A stretch of 64,000 nt of DNA from Eremomyces bilateralis CBS 781.70. Taxonomy: Eukaryota. A model generated the notes under the pieces. It was given only the letters and a program-made list of their open reading frames with translations. It had not been told where the DNA came from and searched no databases. How positions within the stretch are numbered: the first letter of the stretch is position 1; the number at the start of each line of letters is the position of its first letter. Where the stretch lies: NCBI GenBank assembly GCA_010015585.1, contig ML975153.1; one strand, given 5' to 3'. Below are positions 51,001 to 63,380 of the stretch, piece by piece. Both the position numbers and the translations under genes were made by a program.

Positions 51001-51784
51001 CGCGCAAGACCCGTTCCCACTCCTTCCCCCACAACCCAACTTCCTCCACGAACGCTCTCCCTCCGGCGACTCCATCTCCACCCTCGCAACCTTCATGACT
51101 GCCACCGAAGGCAACGAGTCCGACGATGACGACGCAAACAACACCCTCGACGCCATCGCCCGCGACACATTCGGCCTCGGCTGGTCGGCGCCTCAAGCCG
51201 CCAGCGCGCCCGCCCCTCATCCCACCACCACCAACGCCCAAGGCGAAACCACCGTCCAAGGCGGCCGTGGCAACGCCTGGGCCCAGCGCCGCCACAACTC
51301 CACCTCCCCCCCCACCATCGCCTCGCCGCGCCGCAGCCCGACGCAAAACCTCCACCATCCACTCCTCCCCGCGTTTCAGTCGCCGGGGAAACCCGCTGCG
51401 CCGCACGCAGACCACCATATGCCTACAGCCGCGCAGTCGCCGCGCGCGATCCCCCTCCCGCCCTCCCCGCAGCACTCACCCCCAGCCGCGCGCACGAACC
51501 TCATGGACCAGATCCCCGTGACGTTTCCGCTGCCGGAGGCGCCGCCGATCAGCACGGAGGAACTGGTGGCGGTGATGTTGGGCCCGGGCGGGTCGTGGGA
51601 GGGGGGAGAGGGGGAGCGGGAGGCGTTGGGGATGTTGGTGGAGGGGATGAGGAGGGCGGTGGGGGAGTTGGGGGGGTTGGTGAGGGAGGGAAAAAGGGAG
51701 GGGGATTATGAAAGGAAGGAGTGGAGGAGGAGGGTGGCGTGTGCGGGGGAAGCGTTGGGGGAGAGAAGGGATGAGGTATTATAG
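48076..51784 (+). CDS. Long Ser/Pro/Glu-rich fungal protein of unknown function
   Basis: Two long ORFs joined by intron 49051-49102. Structured-looking motifs LSRRADIILANAKKRL(N/L)MEGNL, LQMQDLKGRISSLK and RHEDRADAFDYENFFLHSAMG. Confidence 0.75.
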
Positions 51785-52117
51785 GGGGAGTGAGGGGATG
51801 GTTTCGGTGTCGACATTTTACTTTCTTGCGTTCGAGCGTGGCTCGACGCTATTAGGCGATATACCCAGCAGATATATTATATTCATTCTAATTATTACGC
51901 AGCATAGCTGTGCATTCCCTCCACTCTATGTCTTGTTCATATCTGGTTTGGTCGAGACCTGGGGCATCAGCATTCTCATACTCTGGATATGGCCACATGA
52001 TTTATGGCATACAAATGTGGTGAGGCATGACTCGTTATCGTCCCGAACTTCGGATTGGAGTAACTTAAATGTTGCGCTACTAATAGTTACAAGAAATTGG
52101 AGATACTATTGCCCTCT

Positions 52118-52870
52118 CACTAAAAATACTTGATTGTCGACACGGCAACAAAAACAAAACACACAGCAATGGGAGTTCCCCGTAACTCTCCCGCCGGTAT
52201 AAACGAGGTCGAAATCAGAGGGTCAATAACGCCGAAAGACGAGGGTCCGCCGAAAATACTCTCCCTACAGCCATAGTAAGGATTGTAAATATGCTCTTTC
52301 TCCCTATCGAAGAGGCTTGGAGCGTAGACGGTAGACCCAGACAGCAGGATGCTATTGGGACCGTGCCGTGGATCGTAAGCTGCTGCAATCTTTTTCAGTC
52401 CATTATTCATTTCTTCAGTCGCTTTACTTTATTCGGCTCTTCGCTCTCAGACGCAGTCAGTCACAGTTTACAGGGCTCTCCTTCAATTACAGTTTCATTG
52501 GCTCGGCCGCAATCCCCGTTATCAACGCTCCAAGAGCAGCAGAAGCCCTATATATCTATGAAAGCAGCGTTTTGAGATATGGCTCCACGACGCTCCATCC
52601 AAGAGGGTAAAGCCAAAGAATAATAGGCAAGGAGCTTCTAGCCGATTTACAGAGCAAGTCCCTCGACGATACGGTCCCGGTTTCGAACAGCACTGTATGG
52701 ATATACAAACGCGGCTACGCTATGAGGCTCTTTAAAGAGTAGATATTCCTCGATCTTATTATAATCTATACCGAAATCCTCTAGATATGTTTGCGACGTT
52801 CTGCATCGCGAGCCGGACGATGCCTGGTTACCTCTTTCTAGCTCTTCACCAGAGGTGGATTTTGCTTAAG
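52118..52870 (+). pseudogene. Relic element end plus degenerate captain-like N-terminus (copy 2)
   Basis: Homologous to the reverse complement of ~4500-5078, including the start cactaaaaa. Translates MAPRRSIQEGKAKE**...DDTVPVS...IYKRGYAMRLFKE / YVCDVLHREPDDAWL. Confidence 0.5.
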
Positions 52871-53252
52871 ACACCTGTCTCGCCTATCTTAAGACCTGTG
52901 TCTCAGACACCGCGGTCTCGGTGACTGTCCTGGGATATCAAGAATATGAAGAAACCGGACAGGTTACTCGAGAATCAACCGTCCTAATACTTTCGAGAGC
53001 TCTTATGTAGGAAGGAGACGAAGCAGTCCTTACACCCAAAAGAAGTAAAAACCAGCACACTCAGAACTAATGAACTCTCGTAAACACTAGTAGTAAATGA
53101 ATTACAGGGCCAGTTTGGGAGGTTGCAAACGTAACGTCCGCCCTTCACTCATATAGAAGTATAATATCGTCACTGCACTAGGTTGTTTACGATTTGCCTT
53201 CGCTTACTAGTATCTCTAACGGACTCCTGCGCCGAAAGCTGGTCACGACTGC

Positions 53253-56200
53253 TCAAGATGATAATCGTTCAGACATTGCCAAGAGCGTTGGATCGCCTTC
53301 CCACTTAGCGTCATCGGCCAGTAGTAGCTTGACCACCGTCTCGTGGCCTCTATCGCCGGCGACTTGCAGCGCTGTGCCGTAGTGACCGCCTTGCGCGTGG
53401 ACGTCGGCGCCGCGCGCCAGCAGCCGCTCGACCTCCTTCTCGTGGCCTCTATGGCTGGCGGGCGCCATGCGCCAGCAGCCGCTCGACCACCTTCTTATGT
53501 CCTTCAGCGCTCGCGGCTTGCAGCGCCGTGCCGTACTGTCCGCCCTGGGTGTGGACATCGACGCCGTGCGCCAGCAGCCGCTCGACCACCTTCTCATGGC
53601 CTCCAGCGCTAGCAGCTTGCAATGCCCTATCGTAGACTCCGCCTTTCGCGTTAACGTCGGCGCCGTGCACTAGCAGCTGCTCGATCATCTTCTCGTGGCC
53701 TCCAGCGCTAGAGGCTTACAGCGCCGTGCCGTAGTGACCGCCTCGCGCGTGGATGTCGGCGCCGTGCGCCAGCAGCCGCTCGACCACCTTCTCGTGGCCT
53801 CCAGCGCTAGCAGCTTGTAATGCCGTGTCATAAACTCCGTCTTTCGCGTTGACGTCGGCGCCGTGCACTAGCAGCTGCTCGATCATCTTCTCGTGGCCTC
53901 CAGCGCTAGCGGCTTGCAGCGCCGTGCCGTAGTGACCGCCTCGCGCGCTGACGTCGGCACCATGCGCCAGCAGCCGCTCGACCACCTTCTCGTGGCCTCC
54001 AGCGCTGGCGGCTTGCAGCGCCGTGCCGTACGATCCGCCTTGCACGTTGACGTTGGCGCCTTGCGCCAGCAGCCGCACAGCCACCTTCTCGTGGCCTCCA
54101 ACACTGGCGGCTTGCAGCGCCGTGCCGTAGTGTCCGCCTTGCGCGTTGACGTCAGCGCCGTGCGCCAGCAGCCGCTCGATTACCTTCTCATGGCCTTCAG
54201 CGCTGGTGGATTGCAGCGCCGTGCCGTAGCGTCCGCCTTGCGCGTTGACGTCGGCGCCTTGCACCAGCAGCTGCTCCACTGCGTGTATCAACCCTCCGAA
54301 TGAAGCATGATATAACGCTGAAGCAGGATATTGGCTCTCAGTTGGCTCATCCTCCCATGGTCGATCTGGGTCATAGAGCCTATAACAATTCCAATAGGAC
54401 TGTGGGTGATGGCAGAGAAATTGAATGATAAACTCTTGTAGTCTTTCGTCCTTCCCTTCCGCCACTACGGCGTGGCGCATCCAATACCTTGCGCAGTATT
54501 GCGCGAATGGAAAGCTCTGTCGAATCTCCTTGATCGAAATTTTTCAGTTTAAGTATAACAGATATGCAAGTCAAACCGTCGTAAGTGATGTTTTGGCAGT
54601 AATTTCCTGGAAGCTTTGACTGAAATTGTTGTTAAGTCGGTTTGACTTCAGGTATTCTTTGACCGAGAAATGTGCTAGCTGAATTTCTCCATACTTGCCA
54701 TCCTCATCGTAAGACTCTTTTCGATTGGATATTACAACCACTAAACTGGAGCAATAACGTGTGATCTCGCGAGAATCAGGCATTCGACAAATTTGGATCG
54801 AAGTATAGACTGCCCTCCGTATCCACTGCTAGAGCGTCTACCATCTCATTGATTCGTAACGGCCGCTCGGAGTATATCAAGAATTGAAGCATCCTCGTAG
54901 TATATCGCTCATATTGAGGAGGAATGCTACGCAAGATTCTAGCATAGGTCTCATCTAACGTCTGCGGAAGGGATTTAAGAGCGATTTGGAGTTGGGGATA
55001 ATCTAGGCATTCTTGTAGAGCATCGAGCTGGCATGTAACCCATTGAAGCCTGGCGGCTATAAGCATCTTTTACAAATAGTTAACAGATAAATAAAAATAT
55101 TATGTGGACCTACATTCCATTCGCTTTTTTTATGAGCTGTGTCTCAATCTCTTTCTGGATTCCCGGTTGCGTGCGCCATCTTTTAAACCCGTCATCTTTT
55201 GCCACTCGCTTGTGAACGTAGGCACGAATGTCATCAGCGATAAGGTCGCTCTGAATAGGGATTATGTCGCCCATACGAGCAAATTCGCTAATGATGGACT
55301 CGATGTCTTGTACTGGCTGACTTGTCACAAGAAGATGGACGTTGCTTTGCTCTAAGATTCGGAGGTCTTTGAACCAATCGAGTAATCCTTCAGTCGGAGA
55401 CCCTTTCCGCGTGCCGCATTCGTCAAGGGCGTCAAGGACAATAGACACTTCTTGAACCTGCTCTGCCATGCTCAAGAATGTCTTACATAGTGACTCACAC
55501 GACGGTTGTCGATCTCCGTCTTCACAGGAGGAATAGAGAGTCTAACTCTTTCAACGTTTCTCCAGATCTGGAATAGAGCTGACTGATTAGTGACCGGATC
55601 ATACCATCTAATGTTTGCTTGGACATATCGTTGAAGTCAAAGTATAAATATAAGAGGGGCTGACACGGGATGGTCCTCCCAAGGTCTTCAATGATGGTGG
55701 AGCTAAGGATCGTCTTGCCACATCCAACAATGCCATAGAGCCACAAGAACGAGTTTCGCTGTGTCTTCCATTTTATGAAGTCCTCGTTCTACAAGAACAA
55801 ATGGCCCGTATCCTTCTGGCGTTGCTAGATGGCTTTGTTGTAATTTGTTGATGGATCTGGTGACGAAAGCCATCTTGCGATTTTCGCATGCCTCTGCTCA
55901 GATCCCAAGTCTTGAACAGCATTTTTTGCCTCATGAATATCACCGCGTATTTCAGCCACATGGTGCTTAACTAGGTTCCGTTAACAGAATGAAATTCATA
56001 CGGTCTAGTCTACTAACTGATGTCAGCAATCCTTTTCTCAGCCTCCACTTGATTGGGAGCAATTCGGAAAAGAATTGCCTTGGCATACGCAGCTGCCGTC
56101 ATTGCTGCGTACCCTTGCCACTCCTTGTTCTTATGCGAGTCCGAATAGTAGTCGCATATCCCGCGAATAACTAGGCACGGAAGGTGATTCATTAACCCGG

Positions 56201-57272
56201 CTGCCTCCATTTCAAAGCACAGGACCTCTTTCTCCTTTATAAGGTTGTACCGGATATTAGCATCCTTCATCAGCGTATTGGCTAACGCAATCACACCATA
56301 GTGTATTACGGGATTGTCCTCGTCTTCATCTCGCTGACGCCGATATATCAACTTTGATGGATCATCTCCGCACACCTTCGCGCAGCTTGATTCATCATTT
56401 TCGGGATGGGTGACTTTGCTTAGGTACAGTTTGTCACTACTTGGATCAGGACGCTTATACTTCTTCCTCATCTTCGGATACTTCTCCAGAATAGCGTCAA
56501 TTGCATTGTTAACTGATGCCCGTAAGTCTCATGTTCAGCCTCGAGTGTATTCATCGCCGTGCGAAGGACCGTTGGCGGTTGGTTCAAGAATCCAGTCGTT
56601 CGAAAGCGTTGGTTTTGTATCGCATGACCGAAGTCGTACTGGAAAACACCGCCAGTCTTGTAGGGAGCACTAACGACTATGTCACCCAGACGGATATCAT
56701 GCCCATATCTCCTGCTCGGTGCCCCACCACCGACACCGACCATCAAGCCGATTCTGACATTAGGAAAGGTATGCACCATGTCTCTCGCAACGGTTGCTGC
56801 GGGGGATAGACCCGTACCCGCCTTTGGGTAGAACCACGATGACGCCATTGTGTTCTCCTATTCTGCCCAATGTGTAGGAATTGTTGTCGTTCGGTGGGAC
56901 GGATGTCGGCCCGCCGTGCTTTTCGTCGAGGAAAGTCGCCGCCGCAGCAAGTTCTATAGAGAGGGCGCAGATCCAGCCGACCGTATAGGATTCGTGTGCA
57001 AAACTTCGTTTAGAAGCAGTGGTTCGGGGTGGTTCGGGGTCATCGTGGTCTGTTTTTCTCTTCTTTTCTGGCCCTTGCTCACTCTCAGGCATGTGTGTTC
57101 TTTTCTGTGGTGCCTAAGCAATTTCGTGATTCGTCTTCCCCTTCTTTTCTTGTCCTCTAGCTCTCTCAGGCTTGAGTGTTCTCTTTTGTGCTGTTTGACC
57201 AGCTTCACCACACTCTGTCCTGTTTTTCTGTTCTCTTTGACTGAACTCTTGCGTACGATTTCTCAAATTCAT
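53253..57272 (-). pseudogene. PNP_UDP-NACHT-ankyrin NLR pseudogene
   Basis: PNP motifs YTVGWICAL, LCFEMEAAGL and VIRGICDY; NACHT WLYGIVGCGKT and IVLDALDEC; LAHFSVKEYL; about ten 33-aa ankyrin repeats (GTALQAASAGGHEKVVERLLAHGADV). Multiple stops and frameshifts. Confidence 0.9.
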
Positions 57273-58420
57273 CGTAAAAATGTCTAACTACCTAGAGGAT
57301 ATAAGATCCTCGATGCAAATTTCCGGATTCGATTGGTTAATCAATCTTGGTCATTGCGGTGTTCTCTTCGATTCGGGGTAGTTATCAGGAAGATTTAGTC
57401 GCTCCGACTTTTCAATATGATGCCAGGCGCTCATCACCCTTTAAGAAGTAAATTGCGCTTCACTGAAAGGGTTGATGGAAATGTAGTGTAGATTTCTAGG
57501 AGAAGGTAAAGAAGATAAGGGCCCCGTAAGTCTCCCGACTTGTCATCTAGCGTTGCCTTTCTGCCATCAACAGCACGACTTTCCAGGGCTGTCGTATTCC
57601 CTCTGCAGGAGAACCTATTGCTTCCGTGATTGATTTCACCTAATTTCAACATATTCCTGTAGTTTGTACGCTCGTTAAGGATCAAAATCAATCAACACTT
57701 TCAATTCTTGGTAATCGAGTGCTCTCCTGCTGAAATCGCATCTCTAGATCACCTGATCAAAGGAACAGCTATTTTCTCACAACAGGACCGGTCCAAGAAC
57801 CGACACCAGAATCACAACCTCAGATGCCAAGGTTGACCGTTGGAGTGATTTTCCGTACGAAATCGGCCGTTTTATATTCCTCATCCGATGGTTCTGAAGT
57901 GTCAGAATCTACCCAGACGTACGGCTGTTCGATTTCGAATGCCCACACACGATGAATCCCGTCTCTTCCCATCCATCTAACAATCCTGTGGTAGTCGGAA
58001 TGCACCGTCGAAACCCTTCGACCCAGATTCCGTTGCTGGCGTGGCCACCGCCACTGGGCTCATGGATGATTGAGAACGGTTTGATCGTACTGTGTACGGA
58101 GTATCTGGTCGAAGGTGTCGAGATCGCTGCTGGTATGCTTTGTTGTCCAATCGTCGCAGAGGGTAGACGTGTTGATAGTTTTGGCGTGTCTATCCACACG
58201 GAAGCAATAGGTTACGTGACGAAGAATGTAAAGTGCTTGTATTTCTGTAAGAAGTAGAATACCGAACGGGGTAGATATACCCATGACTAAGTAATAGCCG
58301 AGGCGGGGAAACGAATGACTAAGTAATGACCTCAGATCTTGAAAATACGCCTGCCAAGATAGGCTATTCCCTTTTAGGAATGAGAATAAACCTTTACTAT
58401 CAATTATTTTTCCCAGTTCC

Positions 58421-58476
58421 CAATTCCCATCAACCCAAATCCCATGATCCCAATTCCCATGATCCCAATTCCCATG
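58421..58476. repeat. Short tandem repeat (cccaattcccat-type, ~14-15-bp units)
   Basis: Four imperfect units upstream of the 58711 gene. Confidence 0.6.
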
Positions 58477-58710
58477 TAGTATTTTCTTTCTATTTTCTAA
58501 CTATCCCTTGGAAGTTGGCAGCGCTACTTAGGCTTGGAACTTTAATGTCGAACCTGCCCGCCAGTCGCCAACGCTGAGCAACCATTTGTTGATTTGATCG
58601 GACTTCGCACCAACACTCCTTCCATGATCCATCCATAGTTAATATATCCGGCACCTCCCTACACATACGTGATACACTTCCCTCTTTCCACTTCCATCTT
58701 TCCACTTCCT

Positions 58711-60342
58711 ATGGATCCGCGAGCTGCTCCTCTCCAGAAGAGCAGGCGGCAGCTCGCAGCCGATCCTCAACGCGAGTCCTCTATAAGGCCCGACCAGGCA
58801 GCTCGCCCTCGAAGTAGCGCAAGATTTCGAGCCAAAGATTCTATGGAGTCTTCCGTTTCCCACGCTCCCCAGCCTGTCCAAGCATCACCTATCCGTCCTG
58901 CACGTATCTCTCCGCCGGCCCAGACCAAGCGGAAGCGTTCGCAAGAAGACTCTAAAGCTGAAGCTGACAAGCCAAAAGGCGAGCACGTTGCGAAGCAGCC
59001 CCGAAGGCTTCTGCCCCAACTCGAGCTCTCGGAGAAGAACCTACGGAAATTCAATGGGGAAGAGATGGATTCCGCAGTCAATAATGCTACGGCTCTGAAA
59101 CGGTCCTCGTCACAGCGTTCTATAGCCAGGTCATCAGAAACGGGCACGGTCCGATCCAAATCGTCGTCTAACTCCATCCCCTACTACCGCTACCATGAAC
59201 TTGCGACCGCTGGGGTCTATATCCACACCGATCCGCCTGCCGACATACAGGCCGCTATCAACGTCATTGTCCAAGGTCAAGTCTCCACGGAGCGCCGCAC
59301 CGAACTCCACGCCATAGCCCAAGGACTCTATGACGGCTGCAAGAAAGCAGTCAAAGCCGCGTGTAGCGAAAATGACTTCCTTGTGCTTTTCCAGATTGCA
59401 CTCGTGGCTATGGACCACAGCCGCCTCTGTCTCTGTACCAATGCCGACTGGCGAGAGGAGATTAAACCAACGATCCGCAAGTCAGATTTGAATTTGAGTT
59501 TCTTAGCAGATTTCAACGCCATGCCTAGTGACCAGCAACATGGGGACACGTCGGCTTCACCACTGAAACGCCAGAAGCAGGATGCTGCCCCGACGCCCAT
59601 CTCCTCCAGGCCCTCTGGGGCCGGCACATTGGATTCCACTCCAGAAAACCAGCCACTGGAATCGGACATCATGCACCCTCCAGCCCCCGGCCCCCTGGAG
59701 AAACCCAAAGAGCGGTCCCCGATCAAAACGCCCCGTCCCGACATATCCATAGGCATACAAGGCACGGCTCTCATTTCCGCGCTCTCGTCGCAAATTCTGG
59801 ACAACACCCGGGCCATGCTCTTCCTTGACCAGCTGCAGAACACTATGAGGCGCCGCGAGCGAGGCGGGCCGGAAGAACCGCTCTTGATCGCCGTGCCCAC
59901 GAAACGTGCATCCGATCTCGTCTTCCCGTTTGCTATCGTCGAGGGCAAGGGCTATTCGACCGGCAAGCAAGTCTTCGAGGCCCAGAACCAGGCTGCAGTT
60001 TCCGGAGCTTCTGGTCTGAGGATACAGGTTGATCTGAATGAGCTGGTTGAACGCGCCACAAGTTCCGATATTCCACCCGTACCCTCAGGCACTGCGCCCG
60101 AACTCTTCTTTTCCGTCTGCACCGAGGGCCCCTACCACGAGCTCTGGGCTCACTATACTTATATTGAAGATGGTGTGCGAAATTTCAGCCAGATCCTTTT
60201 GGAGATTTGCAATGCACTGCTGCTAAAGAGCGTGGAGAACTTTCTTGTTGTGCTAGATCTGGTGTTGGGTTGGGGTACAGGGCAGTTTCTGGAATCCGTG
60301 GCAGAGCGCCTGGGCCAGGTAGCAAAGAAGGCGGAGGCTTAA
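58711..60342 (+). CDS. Fungal nuclease-like protein (DUF7924 / PD-(D/E)XK-like)
   Basis: KTPRPDISIG ... FPFAIVEGKG ... EAQNQAAVSGA ... FFSVCTEGPYHELWAHY; basic N-terminus; intronless. Confidence 0.7.
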   Translation: MDPRAAPLQKSRRQLAADPQRESSIRPDQAARPRSSARFRAKDSMESSVSHAPQPVQASPIRPARISPPAQTKRKRSQEDSKAEADKPKGEHVAKQPRRLLPQLELSEKNLRKFNGEEMDSAVNNATALKRSSSQRSIARSSETGTVRSKSSSNSIPYYRYHELATAGVYIHTDPPADIQAAINVIVQGQVSTERRTELHAIAQGLYDGCKKAVKAACSENDFLVLFQIALVAMDHSRLCLCTNADWREEIKPTIRKSDLNLSFLADFNAMPSDQQHGDTSASPLKRQKQDAAPTPISSRPSGAGTLDSTPENQPLESDIMHPPAPGPLEKPKERSPIKTPRPDISIGIQGTALISALSSQILDNTRAMLFLDQLQNTMRRRERGGPEEPLLIAVPTKRASDLVFPFAIVEGKGYSTGKQVFEAQNQAAVSGASGLRIQVDLNELVERATSSDIPPVPSGTAPELFFSVCTEGPYHELWAHYTYIEDGVRNFSQILLEICNALLLKSVENFLVVLDLVLGWGTGQFLESVAERLGQVAKKAEA

Positions 60343-62161
60343 GTATGATAATGCGAGGGACAAAATCTCATTTCGGGCACAAACGTATGCCCGGCTTCTT
60401 TATTCAATACGCTTAAGCATCCTGAAGAACAGAAGAACACCAAAACATTACTAAAATATTCATGCTTTTCAGCATATCTACAAGCTTTCACGAATCTGGT
60501 CTAATGCAGTTATGAAGTCATCTCGCCTCAAATCAACTTATCCTGAATCTAGCCAACTCAACGCGATAGTAATATTCATTCTCCACGCTCAGACCTTCTA
60601 GAAGTTTTCTTAGTATCTGTAAGAATACATCTTCCTTTGCCTATCTCCTCCCCTTATTCCCATCATTATTGTTAGCCATTCTGGCCATACCCCGCAAGGT
60701 GCAAGGCCTACATAATGGAACACACCCACGTAAACCCACAGTAATGGTAGGCAGTTGATATAAGATCTGGGGTTCTAAAGAAGGGGTATTATCGCTTCGC
60801 CATTGCGTCGCATACGCTTCCTCAGGCCGATGAACCAACAGAACCATCATGAGACATATTATAGCAGCATGTTGCGTCCTACTGTACAGTACAAGTATTG
60901 CAGAAATTGGAAAGGCGATCCAATTGACGGAGCAGAAGTGCTGGAGCAATAAAAAAAAGTTCCATAGAGCTACGTATGACCTGCCGCAATGAATACGAAG
61001 AGCAACGGAAGAACGAAATTAAAATGCGTTCATGCAGCTTTGAGGCTGGGACATGAACCAGGCTGGTAGCGGCGCCACGATCGCCCACTTCACCATCACA
61101 GCCTTGAACCTTTCGCCGCTTTCGTGGCCCGTCCTCGCTCGTTCCGGTTTTCCTCTTGCAAACCTCGAACCGCTGTTCCAGCACCATCGTTGCGCCGTGT
61201 AGCAGTCCAGGCAGTTCTCCTCCACCACAGTGCATCGCACCTCTCAAAGCGAGTACCAGTACGCCACAGATCTGGCCAAATGGGGGTGGACCATGCATGA
61301 TGTTTCTGAAACCATGAAACCTGTGGTCAGTGGGGTGGTCCCGGTTTTGAAAAAGATGGGATACAACATAGGCAGAGACTTCGGGGCATTAGGAGGCCAT
61401 TTAACTTTATAACTATCGAGAATAATATTGATAGGGGTGGTATGCAAGATATGGATTATGGATATGCAGACCTTGGTCAACGAACTGACATCAAGGGGAA
61501 CAATAGAAAAGAATAATATCTTCACACATCTGAGACAGTACTCCAAATGAATGAGGGACTGATTTGAAATGCTGATGGTCTATCCGGAGTGGAAGAGCCT
61601 GGCGACCTTGAAGAATGCTTCGCACTCCCAGGAGTCGAACTCCAGCAATCGTTGTCCTCCTCTCCCTTCACGTTAACTTTCTAAGGCTATAGAATAATGG
61701 CAGCTCAGTATCTGCCAATATATGGGAATAGATATACGCGAGCCTGAAATAAATAGCGATGTTTCGTTACTACAGTTCCAAGTTTCTCATGATGAAACGA
61801 TGTTGTGTTGTGAGATGTTAGTTGACACCTTGCTACCTGGCATTGCTGCCTGACCATGGCTATTTCCCAGTCACGTGATGAAACCCCTGGACTCCTCACG
61901 TGACATTGGAATAAGCCAGAACCCGGGAGGCCGGGAATGGCTGATGATTATATAATCCATTAGGCAACAAGGCACATCCAAGTTCGACTTCACATCGCCG
62001 CACCTCCTCGTCCCACTTCCACCATCTCGTTCATTTTCACCCTCCATCTGCCTTTACTTAGTTTCTCCGACGAGACCAGAAGCTTAAGGTCTGTCGGAGG
62101 AGAGTCTTGTCTTGCCATTGATTCCACATCCCCCGTTCCTTACCGCTTGGCAGCTCAGAAC

Positions 62162-63380
62162 ATGCTCTCGGGTCAGCACGTCTTCTCTCACCAACACCAG
62201 TATCCAGACTGGCCGCAGTCGGGCCACCACCATCCGAACCAGCATCACGCTGCGCAGCAACATGCGGGAGCTGGACATTTTGGTCGGCCAGCAGCGAACA
62301 GTGTCTCCAATTCTATAGTCCCAAGCCTGGCTGGCAGTGATCTTCCCACTGAGCACGCCAATATGAGCGACGAGAACCGCCGGGTCCTGGATTGGATCGC
62401 GAACTTGATGAACCCTAACACGCGCGAGACGGCATTGCTGGAATTGAGCAAGAAGAGAGAACAAGTCCCAGAATTGGCCTTGATCCTCTGGCACTCTTTC
62501 GGTACGTGTACCTGACCGGTCTGCGAAACCCTTATTGACACTTTGGAAAGGTGTGATGACTTCGCTCATGCAAGAGATCATTTCTGTGTACCCTCTTTTG
62601 AATCCTTCGCAACTCACTGCTGCGGCATCGAACCGAGTTTGCAATGCGCTGGCTCTTCTTCAATGTGTTGCATCCCACACGGACACTCGGCAACTCTTCC
62701 TGAATGGTAAGCGCTGGCCGCCACTGTAACATCCAGCACGACGCTGATCCTCATCCGTTGCAGCTCACATCCCACTATTCCTTTACCCATTCCTCAACAC
62801 CACCTCGAAATCTCGACCGTTCGAATACCTACGACTTACCTCCCTTGGCGTCATCGGTGCTTTGGTCAAGAACGACTCGTCAGAGGTGATCAATTTCCTC
62901 CTCACCACCGAAATCATTCCTCTTTGCCTTCGAATCATGGAGACAGGATCCGAATTGAGCAAAACTGTGGCGATCTTTATCGTCCAGAAGATCCTCCTTG
63001 ATGACATTGGCCTTGCGTACATCTGCCAGACATACGAGCGCTTCTACGCGGTTGGCACGGTTCTGAGCAACATGGTCCAGCAGCTGGTGGACCAGCAGAC
63101 TGTGAGGCTGTTGAAGCACGTTGTCCGTTGCTTCCTCCGGTATGTTCTACTTCAAGCATATCCGCCCAGCGCTCAAACTAACGTAGCCCACAGCCTGAGC
63201 GACAATGCTCGTGCACGAGAGGCTCTCCGTCAATGCCTCCCAGAACCGCTCCGTGACGCTACCTTCTCCGCCGTATTGCGAGACGACGCGGCTACCAAGA
63301 GATGCTTGGCCCAGCTCCTTATCAACCTCTCCGACAACGTCGACCACCCCGGGCCTCCGCTTCTTTCGCAACATCAGTGA
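62162..63380 (+). CDS. RCD1: CCR4-NOT subunit Rcd1/Caf40/CNOT9
   Basis: [61 protein letters not shown] and [19 protein letters not shown]. Introns at ~62502-62550, 62707-62763 and 63140-63193. Confidence 0.97.

Noticed and set aside
4400..52870. One giant CACTA/TIR element bounded by the two CACTAAAAA-starting repeats
   Set aside because: The copies face outward, not inward, and the interval contains ordinary housekeeping genes.
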